The notes: generated by a model from the letters alone, not told the origin. Positions 12,339 to 26,841 are shown, counted from the stretch's first letter. The stretch is 64,000 nucleotides of DNA from Octopus vulgaris (GCA_951406725.2 OX597833.1:52452001-52516000), one strand, 5' to 3'. Translations and numbers: made by a program.

Positions 12339-12684
12339 CTAGCACTATGACCCGGCAACGTCGGGTCATAGTGCTAGTGCATGCATATACAACTGCGTGC
12401 GTGCGCACATACACGCGAGTACTGTCCAAATCTCCGGCCATTCACATACAGCTAGCTGGCATTCAATTGGCGTATCAAGTTTTGACTGGGTTTTGGATAG
12501 AAAATTCACAAAAATGTCACTTCTATTGATTTTTTAATGGCTTTGCGGGGTGACTAGGTAAATGTAAAGATGTGCACGACCACCCTTGGATGGTTTTGAA
12601 TGACCATAGAAAGTGCGAGCCCTCTAACTGATTTGTATAAAGGACACACACACAGACATTTTGCCGTTTATATATAGAGAGAGA
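12339..12684 (-). mobile_element. Non-autonomous Helitron
   Basis: Minus strand starts TC(TC)nTATATATAAA and ends CTAG between A and T; perfect 17-bp-arm palindrome 12338-12378. Confidence 0.8.
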
Positions 12685-12959
12685 TTAAATTACTGTGAGG
12701 TAGCGAACTGGCAGAATCGTTAGCACACCGTGCAAAACGCTTAGAAGTATTTTGTCCGAATTTACTTACTGAGTTCAAATTCTGCCGTTGACTTTGCCTT
12801 TCATACTTTTCGGTGTCGATAAAATAAGTACCTGTTTAGCACTGGGGGTCGATGTAATCGACTTACTCCTCCCCCAATATTGCTGGTCTTGTACCAAAAG
12901 TTGAAACCAGTATCATATAATATATTGTGACATATACATTATATTATATTTTGTTATAT

Positions 12960-13215
12960 GATTGACAAAAGGCAGGTTCTGACTAGGCTTACTTGAGAAA
13001 CAAAGGGTTTGAAGCAAAACACAAAACAGAGAAAGACAAGGCAATACAGAAAGAGGAGGAAAAGGGTGGGGAAAACTCAAATGGTAGGGCAGCAGGGCCA
13101 ACAAAGACAATGGTTGTCATAGAAGAAACTTCAAGGAAATCTCAACTGGAATGACATACAATACAGCTCATGTTTGAATCAGCTTCTTCCTTAGATTTGC
13201 ATATAACTTATTGCT
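12960..13215 (+). mobile_element. Heavily decayed HERO-like non-LTR retrotransposon fragment
   Basis: Broken frames give QGQQRQWLS..LNWNDI..ISFFLRFAYNLL, resembling the QG.W..W...L.W.D....ISF.LR..Y.LL motif recalled for HERO ORFs. Confidence 0.4.
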
Positions 13216-15588
13216 TTTGAGTACAAGGCAAGCGAAATGGGGGTCAGGAATTAGGTAACCTCGTGTACCCGCTCTATAAAGCAATCAAACAATGAAAGTT
13301 TTCCTGATCTCATGCAAAGAGGTACTCGTCTAAAAGAAGTAAGCTCCGAGGTACCGTCAAGTGCATAAAGGATCGTAGATGCGATTTGCTAGAGTACACC
13401 ACCTGAAGCTCTATCAATATTTTATGCAGCATTTCGTCCGTCTTGACGTTCTGAGTTCCTCTGCGGCCGATTTTACCTTTCATCTTTTCGAGAGTCGATA
13501 AAATAAGTACCAGTTGAGCATTGGGGTCGATGTAATCGTTTTAACCCCTCCTCCGAAATTTCTGACTTTGTGCCAAGATGTGAAACAAATATTTTAAGTG
13601 GCCGGTGACAGAAAATCGTAACCTGAAACATCCGTGAAAACCAGAAACAAGGATTGATGGAAAGCATAGAGGACCATCCAGAATAGAAGTCAACTAGAAA
13701 CCATCAACAAGCGTATAATGAAACTGGATATTGTATTCCCCTCATTTTCATCAAAACAGAATTGCTGGAGCCTCAGACGAGATGGTATTTGTATGCCAGT
13801 TTTGTGTTCTGTCTTCTAGGGTGGTGATTCTAATAGGACCCACTGCGCCATGTGACAGCAACTTAGAGGAAGTCCACATCAACAAGACTATAAAGCATTC
13901 CTGTTTAGACAACAGCTTAAAAAATATTTGGCTTACAAACCAATATCGTCGGTGGGAAGGAGGGATTAGAGTCAAAATTATTTATGATCATATGAAGCAT
14001 TTCTCATTTTCTGGAGAAAAGAAGACCATAACTCTAAACGCAACTGTGGAAACCTCAGTAATTAAGAAAGAACAAAGTGAACTCCAAAAGACAGAACCTC
14101 ACTCTGCGTACAGCTGGCGTTATATACCGAAGTAGTTATAACTTTAATGCTTAGTGCGAGCTGCTGAACACTCCATAGACGCATGACGGCTCTAAGGTAG
14201 CTCTATAACTTATAAACTACAATACCCAATCTCCGTTATACTTTTAATGGCTATTGTATATTTTGTCTCTCAAGGGATAATCGATTAAACAGAAAATATA
14301 TAGCTTCTCATTTCTAATCCATTTTAATATATTGCTCTTGTTTATTCCAACCATAGTCACCTTTTTTTTTTCGATTGAACTAGTGATGCACACTGTTCTC
14401 GGTGAACTGGTCTAATTTTTTAAAATTTTGTTATGTTAAGTAGAATTTGCCAAAATTCCTTGGGAAGAGTCTTGTTTTTATTTCATGTCTCTCCTAATGA
14501 TTTTATCACTTCTAACTATCGTAATGATGTTATCAATTTCACGCTTGTAAACTTCAGCGTAATAGATGCTGAGATCTTTTCCTTGCTGCAGATGTTGCTT
14601 CGGTGTTACAATCTGGGTCTCATATAATGTTACTATAGAGTTAGGGCCCCGGCTGCCTTCCATGCGTGGGAAATATAAACTATTACTAAAATTTCCAGTA
14701 ACATTGAGCAATTTCTGAGATTTAAAAGAAAAATCCACCTCTTTTAAATTCTTATTCTGACTAGATCTGAAGGCCAAATTTAGGATACCGTAGCGGCCAG
14801 CTGTGAAGGCGAAAATAGGATGCTGCCGTGGAGATCTCTGAAGGCCAAAGTAGAATGATGTAATGATCAGCTCTGAAAGCCAAATGTAGAAAGATTTACT
14901 GACGAGCACAGGGCTGTTGTAGTGATCAACTCCGAAGGACAAATGTATGAGGTTGTAGCAACCAAATCAAGGCCGAAGGTGATACAGGTACGACAAACAT
15001 ATCGTGCACTATATGCATGGTTTGTGCTGTGAAATTTGAAGGCTCACATATTGCCCTCTCTCTCATTATTAAAGTATCCGTGTTATTTCTGGCCTCCAAG
15101 GGAAGTTTTTCAAACAGGATAAGAACTTCTTCCGAGCATTCAGGTGATGGAACTCTTAAAATTTAAGGGGTTTTTGAGATGTTTTGTTCGTCTTAGTGAG
15201 AGGCTCCTTAAACATTCATAAGTCCTCTGAACCATGTGATTAGGACGCAAGCTTCTTATTTCTTTATTGACCACAAGGGGCTAAACATAGAGGGGACAAG
15301 CAAAGACAGACAAAGGGATTAAATCGATTACATCGACCCCAGTGCGTAACTGGTACTTCTTATAACACAACCACGACGGGCTTATTTCCGTCTACCATAG
15401 CCACTCGCAATGCTTTGGTAGGCCCGAGGCTATGGCAAAAGACATTTGCCCAAAGTGCCACGCAGAGGGAGTGAACACAGAACGATGTGGTTTGGAAGCA
15501 ATCTTCATACCACACACCCACGCTTGGGCCTGTGTATATATGCATACATGCATGGATGCATGCTTGCCTACATACTTGCATACATACA

Positions 15589-15620
<32 letters not shown>

Positions 15621-15736
15621 CATATACACACATACATACATACATACATACATACATACACACATACATACATACATACATACATACATACATACATACA
15701 TACATACATACATACATACATACCACATACATACAT

Positions 15737-15870
15737 AAAGGGAAAGTTTACGAAAATAAACAAAAGACGAAGGCAGGTAGAGCTACAAACAAACAAATGT
15801 ATTAGTATAGCGCTCAGGAATAGAAAAAGTATTTTAGGCTAATGAGCCTACGCTCTTCGACAGAAAGATA
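15737..15870 (-). mobile_element. Penelope-like terminal fragment (same family as 10318-10512), HHR disrupted
   Basis: Minus strand tatctttCTGTCGAagagcgtaggctc; the GAAA half is replaced. Confidence 0.65.
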
Positions 15871-16090
15871 TTGCAGACAGCTTTTCCCATTCACTATACG
15901 AGCCGGCGCTTTGCGCAGCTCGCTTAAGTTCTTCATGCTGGATACGTGCTCTCTCAAAAGTGTCGATCCCCTCCTTAACCTGCTTCCTCCATCTGTGGCG
16001 ATGACAGGCATTGTTCTCCCAGTCGGTGTCCTGCATATCACAGGCCTTTAATGAAGACTTGACACAGTCCTTAAATCGCAGCATAACTGC
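15871..16090 (-). mobile_element. RTE-clade LINE 3' ORF fragment
   Basis: LRFKDCVKSSLKACDMQDTDWENNACHRHRWRKQVKEGIDTFE matches the R.KD.LK..LK...I....WE..A.DR..WR C-terminal pattern of RTE elements. Confidence 0.7.
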
Positions 16091-17379
16091 ATACATACAT
16101 ACATACATACATACATACATACATACATACATACATACATACATACATACATACATAAATTACCATTATTCCAGATCCATTCTCTCCTGGAGCAGTAGCA
16201 CCTTTCAGGATCCTATCTATGGATTGAACAGAGTTTCGCAGGTGTGGAAGTGGCTCCCATTAATTTTTGACGTAACCATGGGGAAGGCAGCTGTTCTAAG
16301 AGACACAAAACTTGATGTCAAAATAGTGGCAGAAATCTTGCAATGCTTGTCACTGAAACCAACTATGACGGCGGAGAGAGCAGCAAATGTGTTGTACAAG
16401 CTTTTATCATATAAATCCAGTGACGTACAGATGTCTCACTATCGCGTAATATGAGAAGGACATGATCTGACAAGATGAAGCTATCATCATCAACATTTGT
16501 CTATCTCGGTCCGTCTGTCAGTCAGTCTGTCAGTCTGTCTGTCAGTCTGTCTGTCTGTATGCATGTATGTATGTATGTATGTGTGTGTGTGTGTACATAC
16601 GTAAGTACGCTAGTATGTATGTATGCACGTATGTACTTACGTAAGTATTATGTATGTATGCAGTTATGTTCGTATGTATGTATGCATGCATATGTGTGTA
16701 CGTACATATGTATGTGTGTATTTATGTATGCATGTATTTATGTATGTATGTACGTATGTATGTATTATGTATGTATGCAGTTATGTACGTATGTATGTAT
16801 GCATGCATGAATGTATGTGTATACATACATATGTATGTGTGTATTTATGTATGCATATATTTATGTATGTATGTATGTACGTATGCATGTATTATTTATG
16901 TATGCAGTTATGTACGTATGTATGTATGCATGCATGAAGGTATGTGTATACGTACATATGTATGTATGTGTTTGTCCCACACTGTTTAACGACCGGTATT
17001 GGTTTGTTTTCGCCCTCATAACTTAGCGGATTTGCAAAAAGATACCGACAGAATAAGTTCTAAGTTTAAAACTTCAAATGTACTGGAATAGATTTTACCG
17101 CCTCAAACCCTTCAAAATGTTGCTCCAGCTTAGCCGCAATTTAATGACTACAACAAGGGAAAATCTACAAGAATAATGCAATATATGTGTACGTGTGTGT
17201 GTATATGTGTGTTTTTGTAATTTGGTTATGTAATATTGTTGGACCATTATATGCAAGATAGCTAATTCTATGGTTCTATATATATGTACACGAAATTTCA
17301 TTTCAAGACAGAGAAATACAATCTAGATACACGTAGATGACTATGCGTGCGTTCGTACGTGCGGGTATGAGTATTTGAA

Positions 17380-17447
<68 letters not shown>

Positions 17448-17579
17448 TGTGTGTATGTGTGCGTGCTGTGCACTCATTTAACCTCGAGAAGTCAGGTAAT
17501 TATTTATCCACGTCTGTGTATGAAGATGTATTTTCGTGAGAGAATGTACGTGTGTGTGTTTGTATGGTTGCTGTTATGT

Positions 17580-17644
<65 letters not shown>

Positions 17645-17701
17645 TACGTACATATCAATATATATACATATATATATGTATGCGATACACATACATATAT
17701 G

Positions 17702-17762
<61 letters not shown>

Positions 17763-18416
17763 TATATGTATATCAAACACACCATATGTTTGTACACGAA
17801 AACCACCTAATCGCGTTTCTCTGCAGTCCCGCACCGCAGGATGCCGTTAGAGAAAGTTAATCAACTGTATATACACACGCATAATAAACATACATGCATA
17901 CAAACACACACACACACATATATATGCATACATACATATATACATACATAAATATATATACATACACATATATATATATGTATATATATATACGTATGCA
18001 TATTTACACACACACATTTATATATAAGTATATATGTACACACATACCCACATAGAAATCTCTCCACATACACACACACACACGCACACACACTGACGCA
18101 CACAAATACATGCGTTTATACATATATGCATATGCATACATACTAGCAGAGTACCTGATGTTTGTTGCCCGAGAAATAGACGACTTAGTTGGTGGCCAAT
18201 CTTTTAACAAAAAAAAAAAAGTTAAGCGTGAAAATTCTGTACATTATATTGGTATATTGTTTGAAACATCTAGATCTAGTATATTCCTTGTAACGGAGTC
18301 GCACGGTGCAGCAGATCAGAAATGTAGGTTTTCTATCTTGATCATTGATATAAAGATTACTTTTGGCCTCAAAATTCTGGATATCCAACGTATAGGTTTT
18401 CACGAGGTAATCACAC

Positions 18417-18636
18417 CAGGTACAGGTGACCTCCAAAGAAGACGTCCTTATCCTCGGTTTGTTAATCCTCCCATCTTCCATTTGCCCTATCCTCAGGTCT
18501 AAGTTTCGCCGGCTTACAAGATTAATGGACAGACTGAATGTGATCGACGCCCACCCAGCCTTGTTCCTCTTAAGGAACTGCTTCGCCATATGGAAGCTAT
18601 TGTATACTCTCCACAGTACTCCTTGCTACAGCCACG
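18417..18636 (+). mobile_element. CRE-like non-LTR retrotransposon fragment
   Basis: RLNVIDAHPALFLLRNCFAIWKLLYTLHSTPC resembles the post-RT AH.AL.LLR.C...PKL.Y.LR.SP motif recalled for CRE elements. Confidence 0.55.
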
Positions 18637-19054
18637 TATAAACATACACACACAAACACAAACACAAACACACACACACACTCATATGTATATATGTATA
18701 TGACAATCAGTGTCCATATAAATAGGTTCTCATGTTATAGATTTATATAGGTTTGATAATTCTGTTACAATTTCCGAATGGCATTTTGAAGTAAAGAATG
18801 ATAACAACAGATGCAAAATACTGACAAGATCGTAATTTTCATACCAACTGTCAGTTCTGAAGCGATTTCTTACTAAATATAACCTTTTCCTTTTTTTTTT
18901 TTTTTTCTTCTTTTTCCAGAGCTTCAAAACTTGTGGTAGGAAGGGCGGAAGTTATCCTTAAACAGCTTAAATGTTGGCGACAGGATAAATTCCGGTGAGA
19001 GCAGCTAAATCTAGCTGGTGGCTTTAAAGCAGGCAGCGGATTAAGTCAACTATA

Positions 19055-19268
19055 AGATGCCGAGCTGGTAGAAACGTTAGCACGCCGGGCGAAATGCTTA
19101 GCGGCATTTCGTTTGCTGCAATACGTCCTGAGTTCAAATACCGCCGAGGTCAACTTTGCCTTTCATCCTTTCGAGGTCGATAAATTAAGTACCAGCTGCG
19201 TACTGGGGTTGATCTAATCGACTGTCCCCTTCTCTCAAAATTTCGGGCCTTGTGCCTAGAGTAGAAAA
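19055..19268 (+). mobile_element. Family A SINE (short-tail variant) with 17-bp TSD
   Basis: TSD ggattaagtcaactata at 19038-19054 and 19269-19285. Confidence 0.9.
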
Positions 19269-19381
19269 GGATTAAGTCAACTATACAAGAACAAAGAACG
19301 CAAAGAACGAGAACAAACACCAGTAGATATCTTGTTCGATGCTCCATCAATTCAGCGATCCTATCCAGCACCTTGGACTGT

Positions 19382-19620
19382 GGAGACGCGTGGCTTAGGG
19401 GGTTGGACTCATGATCGTATGCTTGTGGTTTCGATTTATGGACCGGGTGACGTGTTGTTCTTGAACAAAATATTTCATTTCACGTTGCTCCATTCTACTC
19501 AGCTGGCAAATATGAGTAGTCCTGCGACGGACCGGCGTCCCGTCCGGGTGGGGGATATATACACTAGGAAACAGGGAAACCAGCCCTTTATAAATTGGTA
19601 TGACTCGAGACGGTATCTTT
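19382..19620 (+). mobile_element. Family D tRNA-derived SINE, decayed
   Basis: Homologous to 45675-45915 and 56569-56806. Confidence 0.75.
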
Positions 19621-20442
19621 ACCTTTTTTACCACTATGGTCTAGTACTTGCGTTCAATCAGCCACGAAACGATGAAAAGCAATGTTGCCATCGGCAAGAT
19701 TCGAACTCAGCGCACAGAGAGCAGAGTAAACACTACACAGCATTTTGTCCAACACGCTAACGATACTGCCATTTTGTTCTTTAACCCTTAAACTAAAAAA
19801 TGGATAAGCATTCCTAGGACGACATTTTATCATTGGTTTCATTGATCAGAAATTACTTACAGTATTGGACGAAATGCTTTGTAGTGCTTGTTCTGCACTC
19901 TGTGCGCTGAGTTCAAATCCTGCCGGTGGTAACATTGCTTTTTATTCTTTCCTGGTCGACTTGAAATGCTTATCTGTCTTTTGTTCTTTAAGATACATCA
20001 ACCTCCAATAACATCTTCCAATGTATCACTTCTTTCTTTTTAAAGAAGGCAACACGTAATTAGAAGGGAAAGGTTGCTGCTCTTTCTAGCAGAATGACAG
20101 ACCAGTAAAAGTTACATTAATGGTGTTAATTTATTCTGTAACTCTATATCTTTACCGAAAGACGGTAACACATAACATTATAACACTACCGTTGTCATGC
20201 TGCTTAAATTGCGTGCGATATTATATGATAATGAATCATAGTTTGTTATGCAAAGAGAACAATTGCAATTGTTTTATATTAAACATGTTAATGTATTTAC
20301 GTAAATGATGCAAAAGATAAAGAATAAGTGGAAGTTAGGTGGACGATTGCACGTATGTATATGCGTGTGTATGTGTATGTGTGTGTGTGTAATATACTCA
20401 CATATATGTTTCTGTGTCTATATATCTAAGTATGTATATGTG

Positions 20443-20591
<149 letters not shown>

Positions 20592-20603
20592 GCATATGTG
20601 CTC

Positions 20604-20652
<49 letters not shown>

Positions 20653-21852
20653 CCTATATACTTGTACACGCACACAGACACAGACACACGTGTGCATGCA
20701 CACACACATACACGTATGTATGGGCGGATAAGTTGGGCGATAAAGAGTTAGATAGGTTAACGTGGTATGTCTGTATGTACACACAGACACATGCATACAT
20801 ACATGCATACATACATACATGCATACATACATACATACATACATACATACATACATACATACATACATACATACATACATACATACATACATACATACAT
20901 ACATACATACATACATACATACATACATACATACATACATACATACATACATACATACATGCAGAGAAGAGTGAGAGACAGAATCTGATAAAATGAAAGA
21001 AGAATTGAAGAAATCTTTTAAGTCACTTATCTATACGGAAGACATTGCAGTCACATTTTCAGATATTCTCGTTCGTTTGTTCATTTGGTTTGGGTTTTTT
21101 TTTTTTTAGTCTGATATTTTCCACCATATTTTTGCTTGAATTTCACTCCGTTCATCACCATTGTCTCTATTTCTCTCGCACCTTCTTCCCCACCACACAC
21201 TCTCTCACTCATTCTCTCTGTTCCTCGTTCTTTCTCTTCTTGTTGGCCAAAAGGGGGAACTTCTATGTCGTCATCTACTTTTGCTAGAAATGAATATCAA
21301 ATCTTCCTGAAATTACACTCTCCGTCTTGGAAAGCGACGGGTGACACACATATGACTTTAGTCATAAATATGTAACAACCAAGAGAGCAAGAGCAGTGCG
21401 AAGTGGTCATGGCTGGAAAATCTATGCTTGTTGCTTTGCTTTGCTCATCCTGGGTCAACCTAGGGCTAAACAACAGCTTAAAACCTTTCTAGTTTTCTCT
21501 CCCTTCTGCCCACCGGATCTCCTTTCATTGCCTCTCTCTACCATTTTCTCGATCTCTTCATCACTCTCCCACTTCTTTCATCGAAACCTTTCTCTTCTCT
21601 CCATTCTTATTCCCCCCCCCCTCTCTCTCTCTCTCTACCTTTGTCTCACATTCTCTAATGGAAACCATCCTAATAGTTGGAAACATGGTACAGTTTACAT
21701 TATTTACATTATTTACATTTGACTGATATTTTTTCTCGCCTTGTTTCTAGTTAACATAACGTTTCAGCTGATATACTCTCCAGCCTCCATCTGGTGTCTT
21801 GGAGCAAATTTCGAACCTGGGTTCTCATTCCTAAGGTATTTTTCGATGTTGT

Positions 21853-21915
<63 letters not shown>

Positions 21916-21916
21916 C

Positions 21917-22259
21917 AATACCAGCGGATGACAACGTGTCTCTAAAAGAAATGGAGAAACTTTCAAAATACAAAGACCTGGAAATAGAGGTAACCAGAAT
22001 GTGGAATCTAAAAACAGAAACAATTCCTATCATAATAGGTGCATTAGGCATGATAAAAAAATATTCAGACAAATACATAACAAAAACACCAGGACTTACA
22101 AACACATATAACATACAGAAAATTGCACTACTAGGCACTGCACACATCCTACGCAGAACACTTTCCGTACAATAGCCATCAGAGCATCACAACATATCAC
22201 AGCACACAGAGCTGCGCTCGGTAGTGAAGTGAAAGCATGATATAAAAAATATACTACTG
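21917..22259 (+). mobile_element. Dong/R4-clade LINE 3' fragment inserted in (TAA)n
   Basis: EKLSKYKDLEIEVTRMWNLKTETIPIIIGALG...QKIALLGTAHILRRTLS; (AAT)n on both sides. Confidence 0.85.
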
Positions 22260-22336
<77 letters not shown>

Positions 22337-22984
22337 TCCTCCTCCTTCTCCTCCTTCACCTCCTCCACATCATCATCATCACCATTTATCTTCATCTTTT
22401 TTTTTGCCGTTTTTTATTTTCACTTTCATCATCATCACCACCGCCACTACGACCACGACCACCACGACCACGAGCACCACGACGAGCAGTACCATCACCA
22501 TCATCATCATCATGACCACCCCCATCATCTACTTTTCCTCCTCCTCCTTCTCCACCTCTTCCCCCATGTCCTTTGCTCCCTCCTATCCTACCGCTATTTT
22601 TTTTCACTTTTTACCTCTTATCTCTCCTCTAAAACTCCATAGCAATGTAACCTTTTGACAGATTACCGTTAAATAAAATGCAAGAATCAGATTGAGATCT
22701 TCAGATGGAATCATAAATATCTCATCATTCCCTTATTAATCATAATTTTCTTTTCTTCTAGAACATTCGGTGAGGAGAGGAGAAGAGGGGGCAAAAGCGG
22801 AACGTAATAGATAATGAAATAAAAATTCCATTCTTCAGTTATTCTTTGTATATTCCTGTTCTTGTTCTTGTCGCTTCTATAATTTTATTTTTTTTTAATG
22901 TTCATCGGAAAGCATTATCCAGAGTGGCAAGCGTGTTTTTAGGCCCCCAAACACTTAGCGCCTGATGGTAGGGGTAAATGTAAG

Positions 22985-24121
22985 TACGAGATATATTCCA
23001 AAAGTTTTGAGATTTTTTTTAGCTGAGGCAGTTATAACTGTTCTAGATTATTACAATTTTGGTATATCATTACTGTGCATCCAATAAGCTGGTTTGCCAA
23101 ATTTTGTTATTCCAGATTGAAAGAAGCGACTGTGATGCCCCTTTGAACACACCTTACAAAACAATGTTTGCCACAGCTGAATTGGTTGCAGAATGTAGTC
23201 AGGACGTTTGGAAGATCACTGTGCATTAATATTTTGTATTAAACTGGGAGGAAACTCTACAGAAACCTATGCAATGTTCCAGACTGGTTATGGATGAATG
23301 ACTTTTGCTGGAATAAGAAGTTCGAGGACGATAGAGAGGAAGTGAGAGACAATGAGAGGAGTGGAAGGAAGATGGACGTAAGTTCGTTGGAGCTTGTTGA
23401 GAAAATTCGCAGTTTTCTGGATGAAGACTATCGTGTCTATAAAAGGCGGCGAGCTGGCAGAAACGTTAGCACGCCGGGCGAAATGCGTAGCCGTATTTCG
23501 TCTGCCGCTTCGTTCTGAGTTCAAATTCCGCCGAAGTCGACTTTGCCTTTCATCCTTTCGGGGTCGATAAATTAAGTACCAGTTACGCACTGGGGTCGAT
23601 ATAATCGACTTAATTCGTTTGTCTGTCCTTCTTTGTCCTCTCTGTGTTTAGTCCCTTGTGGGTAGTAAAGAATCATATCGTGTGTCTATAAAGACAATAA
23701 ACATACAGTCTGGAGTTGGTGTGGAAACTGTACACAGAATTATTCATTTGAACATGCACAAAATTTGTGAAAAGTTTGATCCAAGTGTCCTCAGTGAAGT
23801 GTATCCTGGTAAGCAAATACTTGACAGAGATGGACATCAAAATTATCCCTCAGCCTCCTACAGTTAATACCTTATTTCCTGTGGCTTCTGGTTGTTCTCC
23901 GATTTGAATAAAAACCTCGGTGGCAGTCGTTTTGAAGATGGAGTTCTCTGACACCTTCATTTTGGGAGACTTCCATGTGGCTGTCAAGATGTGACTGGAG
24001 TGCTACAGCAAGTGTATTGAAGTTAGATTGTCCAACTTTGAAGGAGCTTAAAGTTTTGTACTTCTTTGAATTTAATAAATGTTATTTTTTTCTGCACGAG
24101 TCTGTAAACTTCTGGAATGTA
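22985..24121 (+). mobile_element. Decayed mariner element interrupted by a SINE
   Basis: Termini tacgagatatattccaaaagttt / aaacttctggaatgta; remnants KFEDDREEVRDNERSGR and TVHRIIH-LNMHKIC. Confidence 0.7.
23445..23672 (+). mobile_element. Family A SINE nested in mariner
   Basis: Full monomer; TSD tatcgtg(tg)tctataaa on both sides. Confidence 0.9.
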
Positions 24122-24124
24122 GAA

Positions 24125-24525
24125 ATGGCTGTGTGGTAAGAAGCTTGCTTACCAACCACATGGTTGCGGGTGCAGTCCCACTGCGTGGCACCTTGGGCAA
24201 GTGTCTTCTACTATAGCCTCGAGTCGACCAAAGCCTTGTGAGTGGATCTGGTATACGGAAACTGAAAGGAGTCTGTCGTATATATGTATGTATATATGTA
24301 TGTGTGTATATGTTTGTGAGTCTGTTTTTGTCCCCCCAACATCGCTTAACAACCGATGCTGTTGTGTTTACGTCCCCGTAACTGAGCGGTTCGGCAGAAG
24401 AGACCGATAGAAAAAGTACCAGGCTTACAAAGAATAAGTCCTGGGGTCGATTTGTTCGACTAAAAGCGGTTCTCCAGCATGGCCACAATCTAAAGACTGA
24501 AACAGGTAAAAGAGGAAAGAGAGAG
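24125..24525 (+). mobile_element. Family B SINE
   Basis: Near full-length match to other family B copies. Confidence 0.9.
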
Positions 24526-25552
24526 TACCTTGTAATTTATTTTAAAAATATTCTTAGTCCTGTTCTTTGTGTACAAACGGACTGGCTGCAAGACGTCTCC
24601 AATCATCCCGGTTTTGAGTACAGTTACCGACAGAGTCGCACTCAGGCCTTTAGTTTGGTCACTATGCAGTTACAGAAATTGCTAGAAAGCGCTGACAAAT
24701 CCATCTTAAATCATAGCTTAACCTCTTAAAAAATTGTAAAGCAGCATTAAATAATTTAATCCTAAATGCGCCATGATTGAAAAAGAAAATACGCGATGAT
24801 AAACGCTGGAACATCTTTGATAATAGGTCCTAGTAGGACTAGTCCGAGGCAGCTACATAACAACAACAAAAATAACAGCTAATCTGTACTAAAACGCTCT
24901 AGATTATTTGCCTATTTCAATGGATTACAGAGAAATATACACAGTGTCTTGCTAGGACGTGTAGTATTCCTCCTGTATATTCCAGTAAATTGTCTTGCAG
25001 CAACAGAAAATCAACTGCAGCCGTGACAATAGCAATTATTGTTTAGACTCAGACAGTTCTGATGGTTTAAACCTACGATCAAAATTGTTACAGCCATCGT
25101 AATTCCGTCTTCCTCACAGGCATTGCTCATCTAGGACTATCATAGTTAATGTATTTCTCCCATTTCAAGACTGATTTCAAGGGGATTTCGTTGCTAATTT
25201 TTGCTGACAAAGATACCGTCCATTACGGCCATGGACTAATGATATTTACGTGTAGCAAATTATACGAAGTTACGGATCGACCGTAGGCTGTAGATGAAGA
25301 TACTCGCCCTCAAGAAATGTGGTTGCAAAGCCAATTTTTTAGCTTTACAAAATGCTTAATGCCACTTTGTGCGCATCTACATTCTGAGTTCAAATCCCGC
25401 CGTGGTCAACTTCACTTTTTTTTTTACCTATACCGGTTTTGATGATATAAGTACCAGTTCGGAACTGGGGTCGAAGTAATCGAGTTACCCCCCACTCCGC
25501 TTTTTCGAACTTGCTGACTTTGTGCCAAAATTGCTAATTTTTGCTGACAAAG

Positions 25553-25938
25553 GGAGGGAAGCACTCCGTCGGTTACGACGACGAGGGTTCCGGTTGATCC
25601 GATCAACGGAACAGCCTGCTCGTGAAATTAACGTGTAAGTGGCTGAGCACTCCACAGACACGTGAACCCTTAACGTAGTTCTCGGGGATATTCAGCGTGA
25701 CACAGAGAGTGACAAGGCCGGCCCTTTGAAATACAGGTACAACAGAAACAGGAAGTAAGAGTGAGAAAAAGTTGTGGTGAAATAGTACAGCAGGGATCAC
25801 CACCATCCCTGCCGGAGCCTCGTGGAGCTTTAGGTGCTTTCGCTCAATAAACACTCACAACGCCCGGTCTGGGAATCGAAACCGCGATCCTACGACCGCG
25901 AGTCCGCTGCCCTAACCACTGAGCCATTGCGCCTCCAC
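25553..25938 (-). mobile_element. Family C tRNA-Arg-like SINE, full length, 13-bp TSD
   Basis: A box tggctcagtggttag, anticodon-like ctcgcgg, B box-like ggtttcgattccc; TSD tttgctgacaaag 25540-25552 and 25939-25951. Confidence 0.9.
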
Positions 25939-26809
25939 TTTGCTGACAAAGATACCGTCATGGACTAATGATATTTACGTGTAGCAAATTATACGAAGTT
26001 ACCGATCGACCGTAGGCTGTAGATGTAAAGAGTAAAACAAGTAGTAAGAAAACCCAGTATAGTCTACGGAAATTCCTGACATACGTGGTTTATTTAACCC
26101 ATGCAAATATAAATGTCCTTCAGAACTATATCATTCTCGCAATATCCTATTTCTATTCTCGTATACATTTGATATGCTGCGGTTATTTCAGGTATGAGTA
26201 TCATTTGTCGGTGCGCAAGGTGTATTTATTTTTAAATGAACACCCGATTACCTCTGTACTGTAATGTGTATATTTCCTGTTCTTCATCGTCATTCTTCTA
26301 AATACGTATTCATACACATATGTTCTTGCACACCTTACAACGTTCCTACATATTTATGTACACGAGGCTCGCATCATACACTCTCATACAAGAGACAAAA
26401 TTTTTATTGAAAGCAACAGTTAAAAACCTCCACACTTACGAACTTAAAAAACACATGTACCCTAATATTCGCTTTCCTGAAAGAATCTGGCCAACCCTCT
26501 GCTCTATTACGTTTGTCAGTCACGCAACATTTCCAAAACCACGGGTGTAGCTAGTTTATTTTGACAGTTCGCAAACAGATGGTCTCGTCTGTCGGCTGTC
26601 AACCCCAAAATGCTACACTAGAGGTGCCATTAAGAAAAGAAGCGGTAAAGTCTTTTACACTGAGATTTCTGCTTTAGAGCATCGCTCGTTCTCATGATTA
26701 AAAGTACGGAAGACGATTCAATCATATACATGTATGCTTACTGATGTGCGTATCACTGAATCACTGGTAAAAATTGGCTTTCTACACACGTACACGCACA
26801 TTAAATATG

Positions 26810-26841
<32 letters not shown>

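Noticed and set aside
13620-15000. ORFs of 134 and 154 aa in non-microsatellite sequence
   Set aside because: No recognisable domain or splice context; possibly old transposon debris.
16159-16454. Open frame IYGLNRVSQVWKWLPLIF...
   Set aside because: No family recognised; it starts in a microsatellite and lacks supporting splice sites.
24529-24660. Possible minus-strand exon DQTKGLSATLSVTVLKTG...
   Set aside because: Weak acceptor, no partner exons, only superficial cadherin-like wording.
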